A stretch of DNA of 64,000 nt from Spizellomyces punctatus DAOM BR117. Taxonomy: Eukaryota. This document shows positions 11,840 to 24,401 of the stretch, piece after piece (position 1 is the first letter of the stretch; each line of letters begins with the position of its first letter). A model generated the notes under the pieces. It worked only from the letters and a program-made list of their open reading frames with translations. It made no database searches and was not told where the DNA came from. Location: the NCBI GenBank assembly GCA_000182565.2, contig KQ257452.1; one strand, written 5' to 3'. The translations under genes were made by a program, and so were the position numbers.

Positions 11840-13434
11840 TCACTTTGCACGCTGACTTTTCATTTTCCAAACCGCAATCGCAATTACAGAAGAGCCCACT
11901 ACAGCACTCCCAATCAAAGTCCACACACTCGGTTGGACTCCCCACAAGGCCCACTCGGCCAAGAACGCCACAACGACTTGGACATAATTCATACTGCTTG
12001 CCCGTCCGGCTGTTTCGATGTGTAAGGCTTTTGAAAGATAGATTTGACCAAAGAATGCAGAGCTTGAGACGAGGACGAGGTACATGTAAGTTAGCGGGTC
12101 TTGTGGGAGGATCCATGGGTGTGGGGAGGGGAGAACGAGTGCGAATAAGAGGGACAGGGGAACGGACATGAGAGAGAAAGTTGAAACAATATGCATGGGA
12201 GTCGCTCGGCCTTTGAGGCGACGAACAACAATGTAGACAAGGGCTCCAAACAAAGCACCCGTGATGGCTATGACAACTCCCAAGATGCGCGTTCCTTCGT
12301 TGGATGCGGCTACAGTTGCGGCTGCGGTTGCAGGAGTCGATGATGTGGGGTCCAAAACGGACGGATAGCCTTGAGCAAACTCGGAAGCAGTAGAAGGATC
12401 ATCCGGAATTTGTTCGGACCCGAAATCAGATGGTCCGGCTTGTAAAAGGTCATCTGGCGTAGCGTCCACGGCTGTGCGTCCAAACAAAAAGGACGGACGA
12501 GCAATGAATATGACCCCGATCATGGATAAAGCCCCAGTAATCCCGTCAATCAGCTAAAAAGTTTGACTAATGTTAGAGTTTTTCCGTGATATCGAAGTCA
12601 TGATAGATGATTACGCCGTTACCTCATAAGGTTCCTTTAGAATGAATCGAGCGAGAATGGCTGTAAAGACTGGTGACAAGAATCCAAGAACTGTTGCATC
12701 CGCCAAGTTGAGCATAGATAATGCAAACCATCCACACGTCAATCCACCAAACCCAATAACGCCTCGCAGGACCAACTACAATTCAAACATCACAGTCAAC
12801 AATCAGGCGCTACTGTTGATATCAAGCCTGCTTCACTCACCAAAAGGCGAACATCTTTGGGGCCCAGCAGCCAATCCTCATATCCCCAGCGAAGCATCCA
12901 AGCAGTTCCCATAAAGTAAACCAACACGCTTCTAAAGAAAACAATCTCCAACGTCGGCAGTTGTTCTGCAGCCTTGGTCATGGCCTTGACGCCGACAGAC
13001 ATGCAACAGAACAGGCATGCAGCGAAAAGCATGTAAAAGAGTCCCAGATTCGTTGCAACAAAGGTTTGAAAAGCAGTTTTCGGTGGCTCCAAGGAAGATG
13101 ATTTGAGAATAGTGGGGTCCTGCTCCCCACTTTTCTCCTTCTCTTCATGCAGTGTCTTGGCCGATGCATTGGGATTCACAAGCTGGTCGGTATCTCTTTC
13201 CGAAAATGCTTCCTCTCCCTCTTCTTCCTCTACTGCAGCGTCGCCTCCGCTCTCAAGTTCGCGAGCCTGGAGACCCGCTTCCTGGCTGGGCGTCCGAGGA
13301 ACATGAACAGGGGCACCACCGGGTTTGCGATAGATTCTTGACTGCTTGAGATTGCCAATGCTACCGCGGGGTGTGCCTGCCGTGTCAAGGAGATCGAGTT
13401 GGGATATGACGACAAGGTCGGCGGTTGAGTCCAT
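11840..13434 (-). CDS. EamA/DMT drug-metabolite transporter (SLC35G/YMR253C-like); 3 exons
   Basis: Multiple TM helices: GLFYMLFAACLFCCMSVGVK, EIVFFRS, LRGVIGFGGL, LADATVLGFLSPVFTAILARFILKE, GVIFIARPSFLFG and ETAGRASSMNYVQVV. Confidence 0.88.
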
Positions 13435-14192
13435 CTTGTTTTTGACTGACTTTAGTCTTTTGACGTTTGTTGGATTAAATGGCTCGTCCCAAGCTGTGTG
13501 TCAAATGGAATATCGTGAGGGAACAAAATGGGATATTTAACAGTAGTTTCTATAGCCCACATTTGACATCCACCCATGTCTGTCCAGAAATCTGTTTACA
13601 TGCGCTACATTAGAAATTCTTTTTTCATTGGTGATGTGATTCCACGGATGACCCCTAAAACGTCCCTATTATTCACCATTGCTGGAAGGTAAGCAACGGC
13701 GATTTCAACTTGCCGGCAGATTCTAATACTAGTTAGTTTCCTTTCTGGTTATAGGTCGGGGATTCGCTTCTAGATGTTGGAAGTTTCCTCCATTTCTTTG
13801 ATTTTGTCTTTGCTGCTTAAAGAAGCCCCAAGATATCAACAAGACACTAAAGTCCAAGATAGAATCGATGCGAAATGTGGGTCTCTACAATCTAGTGTTT
13901 TGTCGCATTTCGTGTTGCACGGGGATATCGCCTACTTTACTGTTATTTGCTTCGCTATTGAAGATCAGCAATGCATCCGAGTCACGCCAAAAGTCGCTAT
14001 CTCAGCAGATACAATAACCACTTTGCACTGTGCCTAGTGTTTGAAAAGCGTACTGTCAAATGTTTCTTTATATTTACGATATCCAATTTTCAACCCAACA
14101 TTTTTCCCCAACCAAACGCAAAGATATATACAACAAACACAATAAACTGTTTGTACAATAAAAAACGATGCGAATCAAACAAGCTCCCACTT

Positions 14193-14609
14193 CTACTCAA
14201 ACGCGCCTTCTCTGCATACACCCCACTCGCAAGCTCTCATTTCATCCTCGACACGGCCCTCCTCTTCAACACGGATGCTAATTCTTGCTCCCCGGTTGTT
14301 TAACCACGGGTAAGGAGGATTCGGAACGGGAACGTCAAACTCAATTGGAGAAGCACCTTCGGCGGCTGGTGCAATGCCAGATACTGGAGGAGCAATAGAA
14401 GCCAACACGTCAAGTGGGTTGACAACTCGGGGGCCACGACGTGGGTAAGAAGGTTTCGTTTCAAACGACGGTGCTTGAATAATCGTGTCTGGTCTCCGTG
14501 AGGGAATGCTTGGAAGGGAGTCAATGGGGTGAACGGAATGATCCCCTGGTATTTGCTGATAGGGCGCTTCCATGTAGGAAGGACTGGGTGAAGCAATGGT
14601 GGCAAGCAT
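14193..14609 (-). CDS. Hypothetical Pro/Ser-rich protein (~138 aa)
   Basis: Open frame from MLATIASPSP to RACEWGVCREGAFE with coding-like composition, flanked by AT-rich UTR-like sequence. Start uncertain (ORF extends to 14798). No family recognised. Confidence 0.5.
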   Translation of the reverse strand: MLATIASPSPSYMEAPYQQIPGDHSVHPIDSLPSIPSRRPDTIIQAPSFETKPSYPRRGPRVVNPLDVLASIAPPVSGIAPAAEGASPIEFDVPVPNPPYPWLNNRGARISIRVEEEGRVEDEMRACEWGVCREGAFE

Positions 14610-15366
14610 TTTGGATGTAGTGCCGGGTATCAAGCTGGAGGTAGAAATGACAGGGCGATAGGATGACAGCTGCGAGAATCTCGTCCGCATTGATAAACAA
14701 AAGAGCAGCTCAAGATGGAAATTGATGCAAGAAGACCTCCTTTTATATGGCCCCCCAGAGGAAAATAAAAAACGTGACAATAAACAAGGCCAAACCAAAG
14801 CAAGTGTTGAGCAATTCCCCTTGTAAGTCCCTTGTGTTTACGTCATTTACACTCATGATTAGAATGAGCATTCATTCCAATTCCAACGCATTCCATGGAA
14901 TTTACATGAAGAAAGCCTCAAAAGAATAATCACATTCATATGCATTAAATGACATTTCTACTCTTTGTCATGATGATATCATGAGAGACACTTTGTGTTT
15001 TTGTTTCTTCTTTGTTGTTTCTTGTTTCTCCGTGCTTGTTGTTTAAGCGCTAAGTCACTTGTCCGCACAGCAAAAGGCTCAGTTTTCCTTTGGCCATCTT
15101 GACCGCCTGGCGTGAACAGCAAGGACAAAGGAATAAAACATTTGCACAAGCAATTTAAAAAACATTTGGGAAAATGGATACGTGAAAAGAATAAATTCCT
15201 CCTCTTTGATGCATAACGACAAAAAAAAAGCTATCAACTATCTAAATCAACAAAGCCTTGTAAATGAAAAAAAGAAGGGGGGTGCATATACAAAGCTCCT
15301 TGTCCAACAAGCCAAACTACTCAAGTTGCAGACAGAGAGAACAAGGTCTACATGATTCACCTAGCC

Positions 15367-18300
15367 CTAACGACGACTGGTACGACGGACAGTAGTGAAT
15401 CCATCATCGTGCGGTGGTTGATCAGATCCTCGCTCACGCTCACGCTCCCTCCATCTGCTGCCAGGTGCCGCCGAGGATGGTTCAACTCCGTTAGATCGCG
15501 GCTCTTCCGCTTTTGAACGCCATCCTCCTGTGCCAGGTCTCCAGGCTCCAGAACGTTCCTCACGGGCAGGTTCGCGGGGGGCATCACGGGCAACATCGCG
15601 AAGAGTATCACGTAGGGGTGCTTGATCCTCCCCTGCCTTTTGTCGCCACGAGCCACCACCAGGTCTCCAAGTTCCCGGACGCTCTTCTCGAGGAGGCTCT
15701 TCGCTGCGAGGAGCTTCCGGGCGCCGCCACGCGTCAGGCTCTTCTCTCCTTGCCTCCTCACGAGCTCGCCATCCTCCTCCTCCAGACTCTTGGCGACGTA
15801 CCGGTGGGACGTACTTGCCTCCCGTGGCACCGCCTGCGGCAGAGACGGGTACTGGTGCAGGCGCAGGTTCACGTCTGCGCCATTCAGACTCTGCGGGTCG
15901 CGTAGGCGGAGCTCGCAGTTGCTCCCTTTCCCGTGCAAGGCGCTCTTCAATAGCTTGCTCGCGTTCCCGAGTCTTTTGCGCAACCTCCTCCAATTTTCTA
16001 ACGGATTATAATCAGATGAGTTTAACCTATTCTTGTTCTCAGACACGGTTGCAATTACTAGGTACCTGAGGCGCTCGGCTTCAGCTGCATGCTGGGCTTC
16101 CTGTCGAGCTGCTCTTTCTTCTGCTTCTCGAGCTTCCTCTGTAAAAGCGATACGCTTCGATATAAATAATCCGAGGCACTATCAAGGGCAACCTGTCCGG
16201 TTCTTACCTTCGGCGCGGATCCTGGCCAGCTCTTCTTGGCGGATCCTCTCCTGTTCTTCGTGTTCACGACGGCGCAGTTCTTCTTCCTTACGCTGCTTGT
16301 ACTCTTCAATCCTCCGCTGTTTAGCTTCAGCGAGTCGCGCCTCGGCATCGGCACGGATGGCTTCGTACTCGGCGTTCCGCTCGGCAGACATGCGCTCCTT
16401 CAGAGAACGGTAATCATCCAACATGCGGAGCATGCGGGATTTCTGCTGCATGGCTTCCTGGTGCTGAACTTTGGCCGCCTCGCGCTTTGCCTTAATGAGA
16501 ACCTTGTAGGAGGCCATGTCGGTGACCTTTTGTTCCTCGTAGTCCTTGTCAAAGAGAGGAATTTCCTCCTTGCGGTAGGCACGCTCAATGTGATCAAACT
16601 TCTTGCCAATGGCCTTCAGCTTATTCTGCATTTCGCGCTTCTCCTTTTCAAGTTGCTCAATTTGGATTTGTCTGAGACGGGTAGTGTCCAGAGTTTCGAG
16701 CTCCTCCTGTTTGACCTTCACATTCTTATCCTTGAGATCCTCCGCAAGCTTGGCGGCGAGCTTGGCAGCCTCCTGTTTTTGAATCTCCAAACGATGTTGA
16801 AGTAAACGGTCCTGCTCACGCTTCTTAGATTCCTCCTCCTGCCTAATTTTCTCCGCCTCTCTCTCCTTCTCGAGACGCTCTTTCCTAGCCTCCTGCTCGG
16901 CCTTTTCCTGTGACGCCATCCCATTGATAAGTATCAATCGTACTTTCTAATCGATGACTTTAACTTACTTTAGCCATCAGTTCATTCTCACGAAGCTCCT
17001 TCTTTTTCTCAATGAGCAAGCGCCTCTGCGCGGTCTGACGACGCTCTTCCTCGAGACGTTCAACGGCCTCCGCGAACGCTCGCGCCTTGGCTTCTTTCTT
17101 AACCTGAACCACGCGCTCTTCTGGAGGTAGAGTCTGCGACGTCATGCCAATCAAAGCAACGGCAGTGTGAAGGCGTTTTGCGAGACGCGTAAGTTGGGTA
17201 CGCATTTGCTCAGATGGGAGTGACTACAGAAAATACTCTCAATAAAAGGGCCAGGCAAGGGAGTCCAGTGTGCACTGCTTACCTGCAGTTGAGGTCCTTC
17301 AGAAATTGTTCCCCTTGAAGCCGCAAAGACATCTGTCTCAAAGGTAAGGGTCTGCGACTGATGATTGACACGAATAGATAGCTCGCCCTTTTTGCAGCCG
17401 TTCATGATAAATTTCTCAATGTGGTGAGCGCTGTAGCTAAAAGGTTCGGGGAACGACGCCAATTTGACCACCGAGTCAATTTTGATCGTGGTGTAGACTT
17501 GCGACAACTAATGCGCACATAGAGATAACATTAGTTCCAGTCAACCTATTAATACATAAACGCTGTACCAACCTGCTGTAAAAGGCGGGTCAGAATGACT
17601 TGGTGCAAAGGCTCCACGTATGTTGCCAGATCCTTGTCTTCCTGGAGCTTGGGCAGAAGATGCGCAATCTTTTTGGTGATCGACAGTGGGTGAAACTGAA
17701 CTTCCAAAATCTGGTAGAGTTCTTTCAGCTCGGGACGCACACGAGCGAAGACGGATTTGCTGAGGGCTTCCTTCAACAGAATTTCACGAGTGGGAGTCCG
17801 GGAGACACGAAGGAGATTCGCCAGGCGTGCTGTCTTTGGCTTGTTCTCGTCGCCATCCATGTACACACCGCGAGTCTTTGAGGTTGTAATAATGGGGATG
17901 GCAAGCGCAGACATCAGCACAATGGAGGCCATTCGTTCGTGTTCCTCCTCGCTCAAGTTCTTGTTCTGGCGCACGGTGCCGTAGTACTTATTCCATGCAG
18001 CGGCGTGGAACATGTAGTTCTCCCCTACCATGAAAATTCTGGCAAGCTTTTCGTAGTAGTTCGCCATCATGAAGGGCTTTGGCGGCTTCTTCGACATTGC
18101 CAACAGGTTGTGGATGTCCTCCACAGACCGGAATGCCTCTTGCCACAATTGAAGCTCTGTAGCTGCGTTCAACTGCACAAAGCGAGTGTCCAAATGGCGT
18201 TGGAGGGTATCAGGGTCATTCAAGTTGATAGCATGAGCCTGGTGAGCGTATTTGGCGGCAGTAGCCAGGTGCTGGCGAAGGAGCTCGCACAGCCGACGGA

Positions 18301-19030
18301 ACTCAGTTTTGCGCGTGTACTTTAAGCAAAACTGGAAGGCCTGGTTGGCCACCGATTGGTATAAAATCTCCAAGCGGGCATTGTTCCTCAGAATGTCCAG
18401 CGCTGTTCGGTAGGCCTCCCACAAGAACTTTAACCAAGGAGTCACCACCTCTCTGTCCGTACGGTCCTTGTCCACTTCAGCACTGACAGTGCTTAAAATG
18501 ATAGACTCCGGAGTCTCAGAGGCTTCCAGATCTTCAACAGAATCCAATGTAATCTTCTCGGCTTTGGCTTGTGCATCGGCCACCTTAGCCTCAGACAGCT
18601 CAATGAATCGCTTGATCACTTGCTACATACGCGACAGTCGTTAGTTCTTGCTGAACTATTATTCTGATGCTAACAATAACAACAAACCTCAATGCTCGCC
18701 ACCGTAATGTTTTGAGAAATGTTCTTATACTGGTGAAGACCCTCCTTGGCAGTCTTTCCCTTGCGAAGGTTAACACAAAGCTCGACAAACTTTAGCATAA
18801 TCGGCTCAAGAGTCCCCAAAGGAGTAGACCTTGACCGTTTCGACATGACAATTTCATGAAGAAGGGTCAATGCCGACGCAGGCTGGGACACTGCAATAAG
18901 GTCTACAAAAGAAGTCACAATTGTCAGCAGAGCTCCCAGGATTTCGATTACCTTGCCCAAACAAAGGATGGTCCTACACACCTTCAGCCCGCTTGAGAGC
19001 ATTCTCGGGCCTGTTGTAGAATCGCGACAT
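15367..19030 (-). CDS. TIF32: Translation initiation factor eIF3 subunit a; multi-exon
   Basis: Start [16 protein letters not shown]; motifs [49 protein letters not shown] and [19 protein letters not shown] region, long E/R/K coiled coil, and GKYVPP/WR-repeat tail. Confidence 0.97.
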
Positions 19031-19501
19031 GATTGCGCAAAAGGCCTCTTTCCTCCCCCGGTCACAGAAAGAGAAAAGAAGCTAGAGAAGCGTGGGTAAC
19101 CTCTGTCAAAGGCGGAGACAGGGGATACCGAGGTCGATGAAGGGGTTGAGGCGTAACCGGTGACCTCTAATGTAGCAGATGCTCCTCCGTTGAACAGGAG
19201 GGATGTGACGGATCCGCAAGGTGCTGTTGGCAGAACCCTCACCAGCTCGACAAGGGAAGAAAACCGGCTACGCGCAACAGTGGCACAGCCATCTTGAAAT
19301 CATGTGACTGTGAGTTGGCCTTCACCACAAAGTTAAACCACATCACGGTGGATTTGGGAACTTGGAAGATAAATCAAGGCAAATCAACATTTATATTAAT
19401 AGCCATCTGAGCAATACCATCCTTGTCAAGATACATATCCACCCTCCAATAACCTAAATCCTAGCCCAAAAAACAACATCATATAGCATTGAACGGAAGG
19501 C

Positions 19502-20684
19502 TTAAACAGACAAACCTCGGGAAACAATAGCTGCAAAATGCTTTCCCTGGTGAACACCAATATCAAGTTCCTTCTGAGATGGTTGACGAGATCCGTCACC
19601 GCCTGCAATGGTGCCAGCACCATAAGGACTACCCCCAACGACCTCAGTATTGTCATGCAGAATGGGAGTTGTGTACCCTGGGGGTATTGACAAAGTCATT
19701 CGTTAATCACTAGAGTATGAAGAGGTACCGTCACATACATACCTATGGGCACGTATAAGATGCCATGATGCGCAAAGTGTGGAAGGAAAGAAAAGGCTGT
19801 GGTTTCCTGTCCTCCATGCTGTGTCGCAGTTGAAAAAAAGAGACCGCCGTATTTTCCTAGTTGTATTGGTACGAAGTTGAGGAAATGAGAACCTGATACC
19901 ATTTAAATCCTTCCTGGACGACATACCAATCAAAGCCCCCTTTTGCCAAAGGTGCCCAGTTCCATCCCAGAATGTCTTGATCTGAGCGGGTTGGGTGCCA
20001 TATCGCGTACTAGCAGAGACAAGTGTTACTTCAAACCCAAAGAGCGCTTTACGTATGCCGAACTTACGGAATTCCAAACAAGAGGCCGTCCGCTTCCACC
20101 ATTTGCTCTGGCTCAATGATTGGGATGTCCTCGAATTCCGTACTTGCATGCATCTTCTCTAATACTTCTTTGGACAACGTCTCTCTGACACGCCAGAGCT
20201 TTGCTTCAGCTCCACCTTCCTCCAGCCCCTTCAGGATTGCATCCGCAAGCTTCTTGACATGTCCCCAGTTCGAATGGATAATCACGTAAATCTTGGGCTT
20301 CCGTGCAGGACTTGGTTTTGCAGGAGCCGCTACTTGATCTGTCGGTGGGCTCGATTTGAGGGCATCTGCATCTGCACTAGCATCGCCCGTTGCAGTGGCA
20401 GCACCTGTTGCGGTTTCGGCCTTTACCTCAGGCGCAACAGGTAGCGCCTTTTCCACGGCTGGTGCAGACGACACAGGTCCAACGGTAGAATCATGAGGAG
20501 CTGTTGCCTTTTGCGCGTCCGTCGCAGGACCTGCAGCCTCAGACGTTGGCGCATTCGATGCAGGTGTACTAGGCGCACCCGGAGCTGGCGTGGTGACCGC
20601 ACTGCCTTGAGCGTCCGCACTTGTTTCTGCTGATCTGCGCTTGGTCTTTGCCTTTTTCAGAGTTTTACTGATTTTCCCGCCCAT
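19502..20684 (-). CDS. Flavodoxin-like NAD(P)H:quinone oxidoreductase (WrbA/Pst2/Ycp4 family) with N-terminal Ala/Pro-rich extension
   Basis: Motifs [65 protein letters not shown] and [20 protein letters not shown]. Confidence 0.93.
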
Positions 20685-21480
20685 ATTTCAACTAGTGTTC
20701 GTTTTTCGTCAAATATGTGGTGGGCCTCGGTGTCGACAATGTTATGTTTGCCACTTGAGAAAAGACAGCAAGGTCATCAGCACCGTATGAGCATTTATAT
20801 CTGGGCAGCAATCAGCAAGGCGAGTTTGTCTCCTCCTTTAAAGCGAAAATCGCCGTTTCCCCCGTGTAATTTTCAAATAGACTCAAGTTATCTTTACTCA
20901 TCTTGCGCGTGCTGGCTTCGAGCGCGACCGCGCAAATGAGTCGATCGAATGACGGATTGTGCATTAGTCAGCAATTCGGGAAGGTGCACACGTGATTACC
21001 AGTTGGGATTTGGTGCGCATTGGAGTTCTTGTGGTCTTGTAGAGCGATGTGAGACAATGTCACCAAGTGGAGAACAGTGCCGGAATCAGAGGATGTCGCC
21101 TTTCGGATTGGTTTCTTAGGAAGCGGAACGAGGTATTCTGAATCTACGTACGGAACGAGTACGAAATGAGTACGAAACGAGGCTAGAACACTTGAACATT
21201 GAAGTCCAGTCTGGCGCTATGAGTAGATAGGTATTGATCACATATCGCCAGCAAATTAAGGAATAGAATACTTATTTTGATGGGAAAATCGGTCGAAAGC
21301 GTTACTACAGTTGGCTGCGTTTATTGCAGTCATGCATATCCAGAAACTTTTGAGCATGAGGCCGAAAAGCCACGCTTTGTCATGGCTTGTTCAATGTGGT
21401 TGATCACCTGATACGACGGCTTAGTAGCAATGACCAACCTTAACCTCACACAGTTCCTTGTCGATCCCCACATTTGAACA

Positions 21481-22547
21481 ATGGCCGAAAACCCAAGCGC
21501 CGTCCGCGGGACCCTTCCCGAGTGGCAGATAAATACTGACCTACGCCCTCCGAGCCGCTTTTCTTCTCCCAAAAGATCTGCGCCCAACGTGAACTTCATG
21601 CGACAACGCAAGGATCACAAACACAACCTTCAAACCATCCGCGATCCAGCAGAGCTGAGGGCCCTTCTTGCACGTACAGAAGATACGCTGAAGGACAGGT
21701 GTGAACCTGAGTACAAGGCTACAGTGCTTGGAAGGTTTTCGGTGGCAAAAGCGCCTTACACTGTGATGCTGTAGTGCCTTGATATCGGGTCTGTCGGATA
21801 AGGGCGAGAAATTGCGGCTCACTGCCGAGGCAATAAAAGCTCGTCTGAAAGAGATTGATGCTACTATGGAGCGTGGAGCGAACAACCAATTGAGTAATCC
21901 GCAGCGCAGCCCTCAAGGACAAGATGCGGACGCTGAAGACGAAGAAAACGATGTGGAACTAACCAACATGGAGAACCAGATGAGAAGGATGAGCATTCCA
22001 TCAGATACTGGTGACAGAGAAATACATGAATTAGAGGAGAAGATGGGAGAACTACACGTGCGAAATGCCGCGGAAGGTTCTCCAGCTAGAAATGGAACAC
22101 AGGGCCGACATCATCAATCACCATCAAAAGCTCACGCAAAGTCCCCAGGAGCGGTAGGCATCCTCTTGGGATTGGTATTCCACATCTACTGAGCCCTGCA
22201 ATCCGTCACACAGAACAGTAAAGTAAGAGCGCTGCCGCTTGAAGAAGTGGTCCAGTTGGAAGATGAGCGACAGAAGCAGATCGAGGTATACCCATGATCC
22301 ATAGCGTCAGCGTGTTGCAACCAAACTCTGACCGGTAGCCCTGGATCTATTAGAGAGCGCGAATTCAAGAGGCCAAAGAACGCCTCGCAAAATCATCTGC
22401 TGTTCGGTTTTCAACCAAACCAATGTATAGTCATACCCATGTTGTACACCGGACCCTGCCCCAGTTTGCAACTCACGTGGTATTTTCCTTAGGCATACAG
22501 ATGAGGACGACGAGGAGAGCGAGGACGATGACTTTGACTTTATTTGA
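21481..22547 (+). CDS. Gdown1/POLR2M (GRINL1A)-like protein; 5 exons
   Basis: Predicted introns 21699-21774, 22154-22213, 22286-22353 and 22425-22492 (all GT-AG, frame-preserving). Product contains ELRALLARTEDTLKDSALISGLSDKGEKL, then VRALPLEEVVQLEDERQKQIERARIQEAKERLAK, then an acidic end HTDEDDEESEDDDFDFI. Confidence 0.68.
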
Positions 22548-22874
22548 TTGCCTCTTGACTATACAAGTTTTGAATTAGTACTGAATGGTACGATCAATAT
22601 CGTGTACTTGTCGAATGCACGCACAACCATGTAGCCGCTTTCCGGAGATGGGACTTGTCTTATTTATTCGATCACCATGATTGACCATTCACTACAATTG
22701 ATAATCGGAATCAGCGGATTTGATGTCCATACCCAGCTTAGATTCTGAAGAGCAATGAGGTATCCAAAGTTGTTTGACAAAAGATAAAACTATACGCCGA
22801 ATTGGTACATTTTGATCATAGCGAAAGGGTCACACAGATTGTGCATGCAAAGGCAATCCGCTCCGCCCAGAATA

Positions 22875-24132
22875 CTAAACAAAGATGATTCTTGCCGCGC
22901 CATTAACTGTTCCGACTTCAACCTTTTGTTCGCCATTCTCAGCCCCTTTCCATCCTGTCCGACGTCCGCCAATGCCCGGAAAATGTCCGGGTCTGCCAGA
23001 GTCATCAAAATGCAGATCACTCCCTTCCACAGTGACACGGCCCATCTTCGTTGATGCAGCAAAGTGGCCGGAAAAGCTGTCCGGAAGGGAGACATGAGCT
23101 ACACCGTTTGTGGTGTGGACCGAAATGGTTTTGGGATGCTCGTCAGAGGCGGGAAAGGAAAGTTTTATCCCGCCATTTGTTGTTGTTCCTTTGAACGATG
23201 CCTTTGAGATGACATCACCCTGGATGGCGCCGTTTGTGGTTTGGAGTCCAATATCCGCCCCATTGATGGTCTAACAACACAAGAGAATGGTTAGTCGTCT
23301 TCCAGGATGGAACAGCAGTAACATGTGCTCACCTTGACAATGTCAATGGCACCATTAACAGTTATCAATTCCACGCCCCCGAATTGCACGTCCCCCATAT
23401 CCTCGACTTTGATGAAAGCATTCCGACCTTTCACTTTAAGCGCGAGACGTTCGCTCAAGGAGGTGGGTAGGGTGAGACGTACATCTGACAATATGCATCG
23501 TCCATCCAGCCGGTCCGGTGTTTCCACAGTGAACTGGAATGTACCGGATGAAGTAGTTACTGCGGTAACGTGTATGTCGCGAATGAGCTCTTCAGAGGCG
23601 AGACGAAAGTGGGCTTCAGCCGTGATTGTGGTAATCGAAGAAGATGTGCTTAGAGTAATTCCACCGCTCTGTAAAACGGGATGGACAGTGAGCACCATGC
23701 CCTTTTGGGTCGGGTGACAATATCCGATATAATTTGATTCCATACCGATGCGCCCTTGCCTTCTACCTCAATTGCCTGGACTTTACTGGGATCGGCATGC
23801 CATATCCCAGGCTCAGGAGTGTACTCAAATTCAGGTGGCTGGTGACAATACATTGGACGGTGTGAAGATTTCAAAACTGTTTGCAACGCTGTGACCTGTT
23901 TAGCAAGGCCCCGCAAGGTTTAAGCGACACATTCGTCTTCATAACAATTATGGTATCAGGGTACACTCACCAGAGGGTTCAGTAATAACGCCGCCATGGC
24001 TGCAACAACAAGAAGAGCACCCGCTTTGACAAACTTTGACGAACGCTGCCTTTCTTGGGGCACTGGTGATTGTGCAGCATACGGAAGGAGCAAGTCCTTC
24101 TCACTGAGGTACTGCTGCTGTTGGGAGTGCAT
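22875..24132 (-). CDS. Membrane-anchored protein with DUF4097/putative-adhesin-type beta repeats
   Basis: N-terminal TM (AGALLVVAAMAALLLNPL); repeated T(T/V)NG motifs (LITVNGAI, LQTTNGAI, GTTTNGGI, VHTTNGVA, VGTVNGAA); stop TAG at 22875-22877. Confidence 0.72.
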
Positions 24133-24401
24133 GGTTTCTGAAAAACAAAATGGGCAACTGGGCAAAAGAAGCGTTTAAATAGCAAACTGGTGGTTGACAG
24201 CCCCACGAAATAGATCTGATCGTGGACTCACGCGACTAAGCATGATAGTAAGCTTCCGGCAATTTTAAATTTCAGAGCAAAACATGATAGCAAATGCAAC
24301 ATCTGACAACGAGCAAATGCCTCCGATGAAGAATATGTACAAAGATTACTCAAGCTACGCTTTTGCTTAAGCGAGAAACAGTTTGCAACTTTGCCCTTTC
24401 C

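Noticed and set aside
15357-16805. Long alternative-frame and antisense ORFs over the eIF3a C-terminus
   Set aside because: Expected shadow ORFs of GC-rich, low-complexity coding sequence.
21775-21850. LSDKG motif as evidence for TTF2
   Set aside because: The protein is short and has no SNF2 ATPase; its C-terminus fits Gdown1 better.
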